From positions 20,398,001 to 20,462,000 of the forward strand of contig OX597835.1 in the NCBI GenBank assembly GCA_951406725.2: a stretch of 64,000 nt of DNA. Reading direction: 5' to 3'. The stretch's first letter is position 1. Every line of letters starts with the position of its first letter. The notes below the pieces were generated by a model, which had not been told where the DNA came from, searched no databases, and worked only from the letters and a program-made list of their open reading frames with translations. This stretch comes from Octopus vulgaris (taxonomy: Eukaryota). Shown piece after piece: positions 14,461 to 27,984 of this stretch. The position numbers were made by a program, and so were the translations under genes.

Positions 14461-14594
14461 CTATATATGTGATTTATATATATATATATATACATATCTA
14501 TATATGTGATTTATATATATATATATACATATCTATATATGTGATTTATATATAGATATAAACATATCTATATATGTAATATATATATATGTAT

Positions 14595-14841
14595 ATATAT
14601 AATTTCAACATTATTAAGGAATGGCCCTGATAGGCCATTCGACCCACTAGAAAGACCAGCCAAACTCAAACCGCTAAATAGTTGTAATTCTGAAACCAAA
14701 GGAGAAATAAAAACATTTACCCTCCTTATTTCTCCTTTGGTTTCAGAATTACAACTATTTAGCGGTTTGAGTTTGGCTGCTCTTTCTAGTGGGTCGAATG
14801 GCCTATCAGGGCCATTCCTTAATATTGTTGAAATTATATAT
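14595..14841. repeat. Near-perfect inverted repeat (~116-bp arms, 15-nt loop)
   Basis: 14595-14710 is the reverse complement of 14726-14841, with 2 mismatches seen. Confidence 0.95.
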
Positions 14842-16164
14842 TTATAGTCTGTGACTATTTTTCTTTCTCACTAGACCGCTGGTGGCGAAAATTTTTTCTT
14901 GAATTTTTTGTTACCCTTATATTGATATATATATATATATATATATGTGATATATATATATATATATGTGCATATCTTGACAACAAGCGGATCCCATTTT
15001 TTTCGCGACCCTCATACTTAGTAAAGTAATTTTTCCTGGACTCTCTTATATCATCTGGTTAAATGCTATTCGCTTATTACTGGCAGCATGATATGACGCT
15101 GCATCTTTATATTAGTGCTGAGCAAGAGGAATCAACGCCACATTTTGTCATTTCAAAGCGCGTCAAATCAAAAAGTATTCCCTTTTGAATATTAAATCCA
15201 GTCAACTCAGAATGTCTATGCTGTTGCAATTAACCATTCAATTATTTATTTTCCTTCAGAAATGAATTCCAAGTGCAAATCGTAAAACCATAGCGTCATA
15301 CGAGCAATGCTTGGATCAACAGAATTTCGAGTGTTTCAGGTTAGTTCTGGCGCCATTGGAATGTCGGACGAATCACTGTAATTATTTATAATAACCAAAT
15401 AAAATAGTCTCACTATTGCTTCATGTAAAGCTCCACGAATTGTTGGTGTGACCTTTCAACAATCACGTCATTGAAACATCACGTGAGTCATCAAATGTAT
15501 GCATTGGCGCCGTGAAAACCAAATGCCATTTCATTGCTTCATAAGATCAATGAATCGGACATAGAAAACAGCAGTGATCCTTGTAAAGAACACTGTAGTC
15601 GTATCATCAACTAACTCAACATGATTTAAGATGACAATTCTTATAAACAATAGTGTCAGTCTTTGTAGCGTCAATGAAAACCTTACGAACAAATACAATA
15701 GTTTTCATAAACATGCGGTTTAGAAACATTTACTTAAAAATGCTTACAAAAAAAAAAGATATCTGCTGTGAAAGAAATGCAAAAGGAGGTCCGCAAAAAC
15801 GCGTCGTTTTAAGTCATTTATAACGAACTCTGGTTATTGGAAAAATGATTTTTGTAAGTAAAGATCGCTTCATCGAGAACTCTGACTCTAACACTGTAAT
15901 ATGACAGAGTTTAACACAACAGTTCTTGTAAACCATTATATCACTGCGGGAGCTTGTGTACCACACCTCTATAAAAAGCACTTTGTAGTTTTTGCTCCTT
16001 TCTTTTGGGCAGAATCGGCACAGTTGATATATAGTAATGGAAGTTATTGTTTGTTTAATAGTGTAGGGCGAGGGTACAATTTGCATGGGTTTGCATGAAA
16101 GTGCTTTCTGTTCTTAAGAAGGATCAGAAACTATGTATTGTTTCAACGTATGAAAGGGGCTTAA

Positions 16165-16561
16165 TCTTTATATATAAAAGTAAGGTTGTGTGTCTGTCTC
16201 CTACGATTTAGATTCCTAACTACTCCCACATTTTGCGGTGCAGTTAAACCAAAACCGGGTATCTTATAGTCGTGATTCATATCGAGCCCTTCTGGGTATT
16301 AGCGCGCGTCTACGATGAGTCTACGATTTTAAAAATAATTTACCATCATTTTTTTCCATTTTAATGCATTTTTTCGCTATTATATAAGGGAAGTAACTCT
16401 CTAAAAATGTCTACGATGAGTCAACGATTTTCAAAAAAACTTTACCATCATTTGTTTCCATTTTTAATGCATTTTTTGCTATTTTTTGGCTATAGCTCTA
16501 TAAAAATGCTTATATAGTTATTTCCCTTACAAACCCGAGCAACGCCGGGCGATACTACTAG
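16165..16561 (+). mobile_element. Non-autonomous Helitron
   Basis: A|TC start, subterminal hairpin cccgagcaacgccggg, CTAG|T end, no TSD. Confidence 0.9.
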
Positions 16562-16905
16562 TACTATATACGAGTAGGGCCTCTTTTAGTGTTTACTATG
16601 CACTTATACACCACATGTCTGGTTATGTATTGATTGTGCAAGGGACATTTGGATCTTTCTCTGCATGAGCATAATTGGTTGGTTTTATTTTGTTTGCTTG
16701 TGTACAGTGAACACTGCAGAATTGGTTCTATTCAGTATATTCGTGGTCAAGGTTATCCTATCATTATTTCTATTTCGTCTGTGTGTTAGTGTTGCTTGAA
16801 TTTTTGCTGGTATACGTAGGTTGTTTGTTGTAGATAATGCAGTTATTATTCAGTTGGCTGGTATTAAAGTTCACGTCCTTGTAACTTTGATGCATTAATT
16901 GATTA

Positions 16906-17076
16906 GGCGCAGGAGTGGCTGTGTGGTAAGTAGCTTGCTAACCAGCCAAATGGTTCCGGGTTCAGTCCCACTGCGTGGCATCTTGGGCAAGTGTCTTTTG
17001 CTATAGCCCCGGACCGACCAATGCCTTGTGAGTGGATTTGGTAGACGGAAACTGAAAGAAGCCTGTCGTATATATG

Positions 17077-17107
<31 letters not shown>

Positions 17108-17329
17108 TTATGTGTCTGTGTTTGACCCCCTAGCATTGCTTGACAACCGATGCTGGTGTGTTTACGTCCCCGTCTCTTAGCGGTTCGGCAAAAAAAAAGC
17201 GACCGATAGAATAAGTACTGGGCTTACAAAGAATAAGTCCCGGGGTCGATTTGCTCGACTAAAGGCGGTGCTCCAGCATGGCCGCAGTCAAATGACTGAA
17301 ACAAGTAAAAGAGTAAAGAGTAAAAGAGT
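16906..17329 (+). mobile_element. Full-length SINE family B with central (TA)n/(TG)n tract
   Basis: tRNA-like head (tggctgtgtggt, ggttcagtccc), CORE-like cttgggcaagt, tail ending in (gtaaaaga)n; many partial copies in the window. Confidence 0.9.
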
Positions 17330-17798
17330 AGTATTTGCATTGTCTCTGAAGTGTCTGTATGAGTCACGGTCAATTTTTGAGGGCTTATTCTGAGTACAGT
17401 GCATTCGCTGTCTTAGTTTACGATTATGAATACTATGAATGTAGTACCCTACATTTCATGAGTTAGCATAGACCTGTTTTACAGTGTGACTGTTGAATAT
17501 TTTGCTGTACGCTCCGTTTTTAGGGAACCCCGTGATCACGTGATTTAACCATCTACAAAATAATAAACGCAATAAATTAATTCGACGAGACATCCAAGAA
17601 TATTTCACCAGCATGAAACCTATTCTCTTAAATAAGGCTTTTAATCAATACTATAACCCTAGCTGCTACTGCAAAATTCCTGAAGTAGATCTAATGAAAG
17701 TGTACCACAACTGTGGATGGCAACAGTTTGCTCAAACTGTGTCGGGGCTCTACTCAATATTTAAACACACTAATCGGCTTATACATATTTGTCCAGAT

Positions 17799-18082
17799 TA
17801 TTATTATTATCATTATTCAGTAGTTTTATTTTTATAGCGTGCTTTCACTTCACTACCGAGCACAGCTCTGTGTGCCTTGGGTATGTGCTGTGACTTGTTG
17901 TGATGCTCTGATGGTTATTGTATGGAAAGTGTTCTGCGTAGGATGTGTGCAGTGCCTAGAAGTGCAATTTTCTGTATGTTATATGTGTTTGTAAGTCCTG
18001 GTGTTTTTGTTATGTATTTGTCTGAATATTTTTTTATCATGCCTAATGCACCTACTATGATAGGAATTGTTTCTGTTTTCAG
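17799..18082 (-). mobile_element. R4/Dong-clade LINE 3' end in a (TAA)n tract
   Basis: IPIIVGALG...IQKIALLGTAHILRRTL* matches the R4/Dong C-terminus; the 3' UTR runs into (TAA)n, the known Dong target type. Confidence 0.85.
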
Positions 18083-18319
18083 AATGTTAAATGAAACACC
18101 CATGTTTCCAGAGGTGAATTAATTAAACCCCAAAGAATCCCTCTCAACACATGGCTATGATGCTCCCCACTACTTCTACTCGTGATCAGAGATGTACATA
18201 TCGTCAGCCACTAAGGGACGTGCTCAACTGGTTAAGGTCAAACAACTGACAAGCAAATCTGTGGTATTGAGCAGAATATTTGCCGTAGCCCATCTTTTAT
18301 ACCAAGACAAAACAATGTA

Positions 18320-18409
<90 letters not shown>

Positions 18410-18971
18410 CATTATTGAGTGAGAGAGCAGTGCATGCCATCAAAGTGACACTGGGGTAAAATATACGAAGCCCAATATACCCATCATGACTACCCGTCTG
18501 ATAAAGGTACACCAGGCACATGCATCACAACCAAATGTGCGCGACATGGTGATCTCATATCAAGGTAAACAGCACATGACCTTCCAGGTGGGGCCCAGTT
18601 AGAATTTTCTTCAGGTTGAGTAGCCCATCCCGCTCAAACGGTCCCTGAATAAGGGTTGTTTAAGGATGTTGAAAAAACCACCCATGTTTCCAGAGGTGAA
18701 TTATTCAAACCCCAAAGAATCCCTCTCAACACATGGCTATGATGCTCCCCCACTACTTCTGCTGGTGATCAGAGATGCACATATCGTCAGCCACTAAGGG
18801 ACATGGTCAACTGGTTAAGGTCAAACAACTGACAAGCAAATCTGTGGTATTGAGCAGAATATTTGCTGTAGCCCATCTTTTATACGAAGACAAAACGATG
18901 TACATGATAACACTTCCAATCAGTTAAGATCAGAAGCCATGAGAGCCACTGCCTGGTACTGCATCAGGGCA
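18083..18971 (-). mobile_element. Non-coding repeat module, present as a partial (18083-18322) and a full (18418-18971) copy; candidate R4/Dong 5' UTR
   Basis: 18083-18322 duplicates 18665-18905; the modules are bounded by (ATT)n; the partial copy is fused directly to the Dong C-terminus. Confidence 0.6.
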
Positions 18972-19492
<521 letters not shown>

Positions 19493-20799
19493 GAGGACGA
19501 TTATGACTGCAGAACTATGAAAATTGTGGCGGACGCTACACTTTTCAATCAGTCTATTCTAAAATATTCGTAGAAATGTAATATACGTTGTAACTCCAGT
19601 CAGTAATTAATTTCTGTCTCAGCAGGTGTTATATTTAATTCCTTGTCAATTGCATCATTCAAGCAATTTTAAACTAATTATAAATTTCCCATAAAAAGAC
19701 AAGCGAATAGTTCATATTATCTTATTACCTATAGTAGTGAAAGTTCACTAGGCAATAGAACTCTGGTTTTCAGTGAAGTCTTTAACTATTGATCCTGTAT
19801 CATCAGGTATTACACCCGAATTCATAAATCCCTACATAAGTCTTTCCTACAAGTCTTTCCTACAATGATCTTCTAAGATCATTGGAAAGCAGTCAGATGA
19901 ATTATTCGTTATTGTTTTTCCCATTACTTAGTTTGAAATCAGCCTTACTTAGATTTGATCCCAAATCAAGAGCTGGAGAACCCTATGAAACGTTTCTTTT
20001 TCTTTCATCAGTGACGAAACAACAACTATATATCTATATCTATATATCTCTATCTATCTTGATATATATCTATATCTATCTATCTCTATATATCTATCTA
20101 TCTATCTCTATATCTATATATATATCTGTCTATCTATATATTAATCTACATGTTATTTCCTAAGACGATAACGCGTGGTTTGAGAAATAACTGATTCCTA
20201 TATTTAGCTGGTCGAATTACTAGATAGAGATTCTCTCTTCAGATCAAATTGCTGGTGTTGTTGCCTGGCAGAGTTCATTCCTCACTAATTTTGGGTGTAT
20301 TTTAATGCTGATAATCGCTCTTATAAAAGCGATTAGGCGTCACGTCTCCAGCCTCTTACTAATCATCAGTTTCAGTGTTCTCTTCCTTATACTCTGTCAC
20401 TCATGAAAAACCATCAATGGTAATTATTAGCGTTGTCATTTCTCCTTTCTCTAGACGAAATACAAAACATATTACTAGTACTTTCCTCGGTTATCTCTGA
20501 AGTTGAATCTCATTGAGCATTAATAGATATTTGTATTCCTGTCATCCAAAGGAATGACATAATGAAATATATATTTATTCTTCATATTTCACCAGATGAT
20601 TAAACTTCCGGTCTCTACAAGTATTTCTTTCCCTATTGTCAAAATGTCAGCACCATGTCTGAAATGACCAAAGTATTATAAAATATTCAGATTAAACAAA
20701 ACGTCGGAATCTTGGTTCTCATCGATTTAGCGTTAAGTTACTGGAGAGTACATGTGTGTGTGTATACATATATATTTACATTTATACACACATTTGTAT

Positions 20800-20937
<138 letters not shown>

Positions 20938-21054
20938 TAGATAGATAGATAGATGTATAGATATAGATAGATGGATATATATATATAGATAGATAGATAG
21001 ATATAGATATATATAGATATATATCTATAAATAGATAGATAGATATAGATATAT

Positions 21055-21097
<43 letters not shown>

Positions 21098-21130
21098 TAT
21101 AGAGAGAGATAGATAGATTTATATATATAG

Positions 21131-21161
<31 letters not shown>

Positions 21162-21293
21162 TATTTTATAACATATTATAATATTTTCACAAAATAAATA
21201 TAAGAGAGTGGTCACAAATATACTATTAAATTAGTATCTAATTCTCTCACCCTTATTAATTAATTATATATAGATATATATATATATATATAG

Positions 21294-21328
<35 letters not shown>

Positions 21329-21419
21329 TATGTATATATATATATAGATATATAGATACAGATATATATAGATATACATATTTGCACACACGCACATATA
21401 CGTGTATAATATATGTATA

Positions 21420-21656
21420 TAGGTTTGGTCAAAAGTCACCTGACAGTAACTCAAAACCGTTTGATTCGAAGATTAAAACAAAATATTAATTCATATTAAA
21501 CTTCGCTAATAAATACACAAATGTTTGTAAAAATGGTGATGGTAACTAGCAGCTTTCAATTATTAAAAATTCATAATGGAAAAGAATAAACAAAAATTGA
21601 ATATTAAATATTTATGGAATTTTGGTTTCCTGTCGGGTAACTTTTGGCCAACCCCG
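21420..21656. mobile_element. Tc1/mariner-type MITE
   Basis: Imperfect ~26-bp TIRs aggtttggtcaaaagtcacctgacag / ctgtcgggtaacttttggccaacccc in a TA context. Confidence 0.7.
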
Positions 21657-21662
21657 AATATA

Positions 21663-22168
21663 TCTATATATATAAAACTCTAGTTGTGTGAGTGTCTGTC
21701 CCCTTCGATTTAGATTCCTAACTCCTCCCACATTTTGCGGTGCAGTTTAACCAAATTCGGGTATCTTATAGTCGTGATTTATATCAAGCCCGTCTGACTA
21801 TTAGCGCGCGTTTACGATGAGTCTACGATTTTAAAAATAATTTAACATCATTTTTTATTCCATTTTAATGCATAAAATGCATCGTGTGTCGATGGCGGCG
21901 GAGTTGGCGTCCACGCTCACAGCTGCACCTGTTTGCTTCTCCCCCTTCCCTCCCTCGTGAAGCTGTGGGGAAGGGAGTGTAAAGAAATCAACGTCGTAAT
22001 GCGTTGTGAAGGAGACCAGCGTTCTTTTAGAACAACGACTTCATGGCTTGAAGATACCAAAACAAAAATGGCTAAGAAAGCCCGAATTTATAAGGGAAGT
22101 AACTCTCTAAAAATGCTTATATAGTTATTTCCCTTACAAACCCGAGCAACGCCGGGCGATACTGCTAG
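21663..22168 (+). mobile_element. Non-autonomous Helitron, longer variant
   Basis: A|TC...hairpin...CTAG|T; both ends match the 16165 copy; extra internal segment at ~21874-22088. Confidence 0.9.
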
Positions 22169-22743
22169 TATATATATATATTAAGTCATATGTAGTTATA
22201 AATATGCGAGAGAACGTGGAAGAAAATATCTGAAATTAGACCGCTATTTACATATGAAGCTATTAAGAACAGCAAGTAAATATTGCTTTGGAATATTCTT
22301 CTGACAAAGGCGAATATTCATATATTCCAATATATTCTAATTGGCATCCTCATTTTGCATGACCATAGATTAACTAACTGCTAATAATTTCGTACACCTC
22401 GTTATGATCTGAATACTTATATCACTGCGATTCAAGGAGTTTTGCGTTCTTTAGGAATAGCTAAAATTTACGTGGTTCCTGGCTCAGTCTCACTACGTCG
22501 CACCTTCAGCAAGTGTCTTCTACTACAACCTCGAGCCGACCAAGACCTTGTGAGTGAAACTAATAAAATATTATATATATATATATATATAAATAGATGA
22601 GTGTATTTTACCTTGTTAACAATTAACACGGATAAATGAATGAATAGTTACCAGGGGAGCAAAAAAAAAGTATCAGTGGAATTTTTGAAACATATGTAGA
22701 AAGTAAAAATACTTGTTTAAACCTGCGTTAACTCCATTTTTTA

Positions 22744-22802
<59 letters not shown>

Positions 22803-22809
<7 letters not shown>

Positions 22810-23042
22810 AACCGACCAGTCTATCAGATGTTGTTACACATCACTGGTCACAATGTGTTTCGCACTGTTTTAGCCTTCAATGACGCCACCTCGCTGGCTA
22901 AGCGAGCAGCCCAACAGAAGAGAGAGTGATAGAAAGTTGTAGTGAAAGTTTACAGCAGGGATCACCACCACATCCTGCCGGAGCCACTTGGAGCTTTATG
23001 TGTTTTCGCTCAATAAACACTCACAACGCCCGATCTAGGAAT
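22803..23042 (-). mobile_element. SINE family A body with a third tail type
   Basis: 22930-23042 matches the family A body; 22803-22925 is a different 3' sequence ending at (TA)n. Confidence 0.75.
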
Positions 23043-23126
23043 ATTACTGACAAAAAAGAAGCATCCAGGATATCCTGCTCATATGCGACTATATGATGTG
23101 TGTGTATGTGAATATTTTATTACAAA

Positions 23127-23522
23127 CCAGCAGTATCGCCCGGCGTTGCTCGGGTTTGTAAGGGAAATAACTATATAAGCATTTTTAGAGATGTAAAGTA
23201 TAATAGCCATCTCAATATGGTTAACCACAAAGGGGGGGGGTGTTACTGTAGCTTTTTACGTTCTGAGATTTAATAATTTTTTAGAGAGTTACGTCCCTTA
23301 TATATGCCAAAAATGCATTGAAAATGGGAAAAATTGATGGTAATTTTTTTTTTAAATCGTAGACTCATCGTAGACGCGCACTAATACCCAGAAGGGCTCG
23401 ATATGAATCACGACTATAAGATACCCGGTTTTGGTTAAACTGCACCGCAAAATGTGGGAGTAGTTAAGAATCTAAATCGTAGGAGACAGACACTCACACA
23501 ACTTCACTTTTATATATAAAGA
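23127..23522 (-). mobile_element. Non-autonomous Helitron
   Basis: On the minus strand: A|TC start, same hairpin, CTGG|T end. Confidence 0.9.
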
Positions 23523-24393
23523 TAACCGAAAAAACAAAATACTTGTAACTCTCCCTTTTGCCGTTAAGCAAATATTTCTTTTGTATGCAAATATGATCCA
23601 AAAACATACTGCAAATTGTGCACCTAAGCGCACGATAGATAAAAGGGAATACTCAAACAGTTAATACAATTCCAATACTGAGAGACAAAATGGTTGAAAA
23701 TGCAACCACGTCCTCCTTTCCCATTATTTCCCCTCTTTCTCTGTCTCTCACTCACTTTCCTCCACATCTCTCTCTCTCTTAAATCTTGTACGATGAAATG
23801 CGTTTAGCCAATAAATGCACCACCTGACTAGAAGAAACGATATTGACGGATGAAACGCCATTTAACGTATATAATTATTATCAATTAGAGGTGAGTTGTG
23901 ACTAAAAACACAAAAAAATATTTGCTCTAACATAGGTGACATCTTATTTTGACACGCGGTCGATAATTTGTTTCCTGTAATAAGTCAAAGTAGAAGTCTC
24001 ATTATTTATTGAGTTGGTATCTTCAATTTTTTTTTTCGCTCTCTGCTGTCTGTCTTTAAATTAACATTTGCTGCTAACTGCACTGTAAATAGGTGACGTC
24101 TTAATCGCTATTCAATTAAGACACCACAATAAATTCACAACCTGCGACTTTAATAGACATATAACATATGTTTTGAATAGCTGACCGAATGGTTATGTAG
24201 TTTGCTTTGGAATCACGAGGTCACGGATCGGTGAAACATTACTTCCAGTAACTTCGGATCGACACTTAATCTCGGAGGGAAAATTGATCGTTACATATCC
24301 AGTTGAAATCCGTTGTGTTGATTGTATTTTTAATACTAAAAGGTAAGCAGTAGTGAAAAATTGTGATCCGCAAATCTTGCAAAACATATAAAC

Positions 24394-24443
<50 letters not shown>

Positions 24444-24491
24444 CTCGCATAGCAAGTAATTTGATCTAAGATCGTGTGCTGAAACGAAAAC

Positions 24492-24786
24492 AATTGCAGC
24501 GTGGAAGGTGTTTGTAAGCCATTTAAGAAACACACAAAAGCCGTTCGATTCACTTCAACATTTAAGTTTAATTTGTCAAAATATTTTCGTCGCTAAAATC
24601 CGCGACCTGTTCACTGACAATGAGTGAACAGGTCGCGGTCACTGAGATGCAGCACGGATTTTTGTCAGTGAACAGGTCGCGGATTTTAGCGACGAAAATA
24701 TTTTGACAAATTAAACTTAAATGTTGAAGTAAATCGAACGGCTTTTGTGTGTTTCTTAAATGGCTTACAAACACCTTCCACGCTGC

Positions 24787-24790
<4 letters not shown>
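24492..24790. repeat. Inverted repeat (~129-bp arms, 41-nt spacer), Penelope-like inverted terminal structure
   Basis: 24492-24620 is the reverse complement of 24662-24790, with 1 mismatch seen; the right end abuts (TA)n. Confidence 0.95.
24661..24710 (+). ncRNA. Minimal type I hammerhead with G3-C8 flipped core (mirror copy at 24572-24620, minus strand)
   Basis: tttgtca GTGAACA g gtcgc ggatttta gcgac GAA aatatt T tgacaaa; 7-bp stem I, 5-bp stem II, palindromic stem III. Confidence 0.65.
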
Positions 24791-24845
<55 letters not shown>

Positions 24846-25954
24846 CATTCATATATACATTATCTTTTATCTTTTCTCATATTGTTTCAGTATTTTGTGC
24901 TGCGGCCGCGCACGCCTCGATATCGATCTCATTTTTAAAAATTTTAAAGCGTGTTTCTAATTCTATCGACATTGTTTGACGATGCGATAAGCTTCAGGAA
25001 ACGTCGATTTCCAAATGATGGTGAGGGACAAACATAAAGACGAAAACACTCGCACATATGCACACATGCACATACATGACGAGAGTCTTTCAGTTTCCCT
25101 CTAGCAAACCCACTCACGAGGTTTTTGGAAGTTGGGCTTTGGCCGGACTGTGGATTTGGTATAAGAAACAAGCTGCGATGTAGTGCGGCCGAACCCGCAA
25201 CCGCGTGTGATTTCCTTGCAAAATTGTTAGCACGCAAAGATATGGATGAAAACTGGGAGAGGATATAGGAGTCATAAAAAGCGTAGCATTTCTATTTTGT
25301 GTGAAATGCTCAAACTGATATACGACTGGTAGAATAATTTTAAAAATTAATTTGAACGCAAACTGAACGATTCCGTTAAAGGAGACACTCAACATTTGCC
25401 AATGAAGAAATTCCACTCTTAGTTTTATATATTTACAAAAACAGCAAGACAGTAATATATATATATATCTCCGCACCAAGGGAGAGATAGCTACTGTGTC
25501 GTTAGCGTGTAATGATTATTAAGTGGGTACTATGAACTATTTCATACTACTGTTTCAATTTCGGTGACCTAGGGCTTTGAAAAGTTAAGAGTTTAAAGAA
25601 ACATAAATACAGATTTATTATCTGTTCTTTGTAATGACAATACGAAGATATAATATTAATCACAGCAAGAATAGTTATCACTTACTGAAATAGGCAGTAT
25701 CTAAAAAGAACTTTCACCCCCTTTCAGTGAGGTCATACTCGGGGATCTTTAATATGTGGTTGAAAGGTGATTGTAAAGAAAGTAAGATGGTACGTGCCAG
25801 TTCGGGGTGAGAGAGCAGGGAGTCGCTTATTATAAGCTGTGTTACAGAAATAAGCATGGAAAATTAATTTGTATTCAGTCATACTACACACGTATACATC
25901 CATATGCAAATACACAGGCACAAACATAAGGGTATGTATACACATATACACACA

Positions 25955-26430
25955 CAATCACGCACAATCAGACACACGCAGTCACACGCACAGTCACACG
26001 CACAATTACTCACACACACACACACGCAATCACACACACACGCAATCACACTCACACACAATCACACTCACGCACAATCACACTCACACACAATCACACT
26101 CACACACAATCACACTCACACACAATCACACTCACACACAATCACATTCACACACAATCACACTCACACGCAATAGCACATTCACACAGTTACACTCACA
26201 CAGCCACACTCACACACAGTCACACTAGAATCACACTCACACACAACCACACATACACACACAACCACGCATACACACACAATCACAAATTCACACACTA
26301 TCACACATACACACACACTATCACACATACACACACACTATCACACATACACACACACAATCACACATACACACACACAATCACATACACACACAATCAC
26401 ATACACACATCCACACACACACAATCACAC
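25955..26430. repeat. CA-rich minisatellite (cacacaatcacactca-like units)
   Basis: Directly visible. Confidence 0.9.
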
Positions 26431-26568
26431 ATATTCATATTCGCTCCTACGTATAGAGACTATGTATAAGTTTACACACCCACTCACTACTCACAAACAA
26501 CACATGTACAGAAGCATTAAGTTTAAATTTAGATGATTAATAAGGAAGATAAATATGAATGCATGCAG

Positions 26569-26632
<64 letters not shown>

Positions 26633-27309
26633 CATATATATATATGTATATGTATGTATGTATATATATATATATATATATAAATCTAATTGCGTTTTCA
26701 CATACATATACTTACCTGTACAGGTACACGCATTCCGTTAGGTATAAATGCGCTTAATTGTGTGCGTGGTTGTATGTGAGTATGTGTATGTAACCACACC
26801 TAAATAAATATGTTTATGACAAGGTAGGTGTAGGTGTGTGGAGGCGGTAGATCGAGACCAACAGTGAAAGGTAGATAAATCAATGAACAATGTGAAATAT
26901 TTAGATAAATATCCATATAACCTGGTCGACTGTAATTCAATTACGGAGGAAACACAAACCGATGTTTTTGGCAAGGTTCCGATGAGGCTTGTGGGAAAGA
27001 ATACATGCGGGGCCTCCGGGTTTGAATTGAGGCCAAAATTACAATACCGACCACTAGGAGCAACAATAACAAATATAGACAAACACACCAGCAACAACAC
27101 TGTCAGAAACATCTTCTTCTTCGTTATGAACATCAACTTGGTTATGTTTAGCATCAGCAGCAGCAGCAGCATCATCTCTGCCGTCGTCTTCATCATCGTC
27201 GTCATCATATTCATCGTCATCATAATCATCATCATCAGCAGCAGCAGCATCGAGAATAAGAAATCAGCGGGAGCATAAAATAATATATAATATTCAAGCA
27301 TCTAGTGTA

Positions 27310-27364
<55 letters not shown>

Positions 27365-27503
27365 TTACTACTACTACTATTACTATTACTACTACTACTA
27401 TTACTACTACTACTATTGCTACTACTATTGCTACTACTACTATTGCTACTACTATTACTAATATTACTACTAATAATACTCCTATTATTACTACTACTAC
27501 TAT

Positions 27504-27553
<50 letters not shown>

Positions 27554-27665
27554 TTACTACTACTACTATTACTATTACTACTACTACTATTACTACTACT
27601 ACTATTGCTACTACTATTACTAATATTACTACTAATAATACTCCTATTATTACTACTACTACTAT

Positions 27666-27706
<41 letters not shown>

Positions 27707-27755
27707 TTACTACTAATAATACTCCTATTATTACTACTACTACTATTACTACTAT

Positions 27756-27787
<32 letters not shown>

Positions 27788-27870
27788 TTACTAATATTAC
27801 TACTACTATTACTACTATTATTACTATTACTGCTATTACGACTACTACTATCATTACTACTGCTACTACT
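27310..27870. repeat. (CTA)n microsatellite with higher-order duplications
   Basis: The landmark taataatactcct recurs three times. Confidence 0.95.
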
Positions 27871-27984
27871 ACCACCACCACCACCACCACCACTGTTGAC
27901 ATTACTGCTACTGCTGTTATTAAGAATGACAATCAAAATAACAGTAACAACAACAACAACAATAATAATAATAATAATAATAAT

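Noticed and set aside
19985-20012. CTGATGA...GAAAC on the minus strand
   Set aside because: No stem II between the two motifs.
26883-27080. Complex ORF segment NNVKYLDKYP...
   Set aside because: It is open on both strands, shows no recognisable domain and has no clear splice sites.
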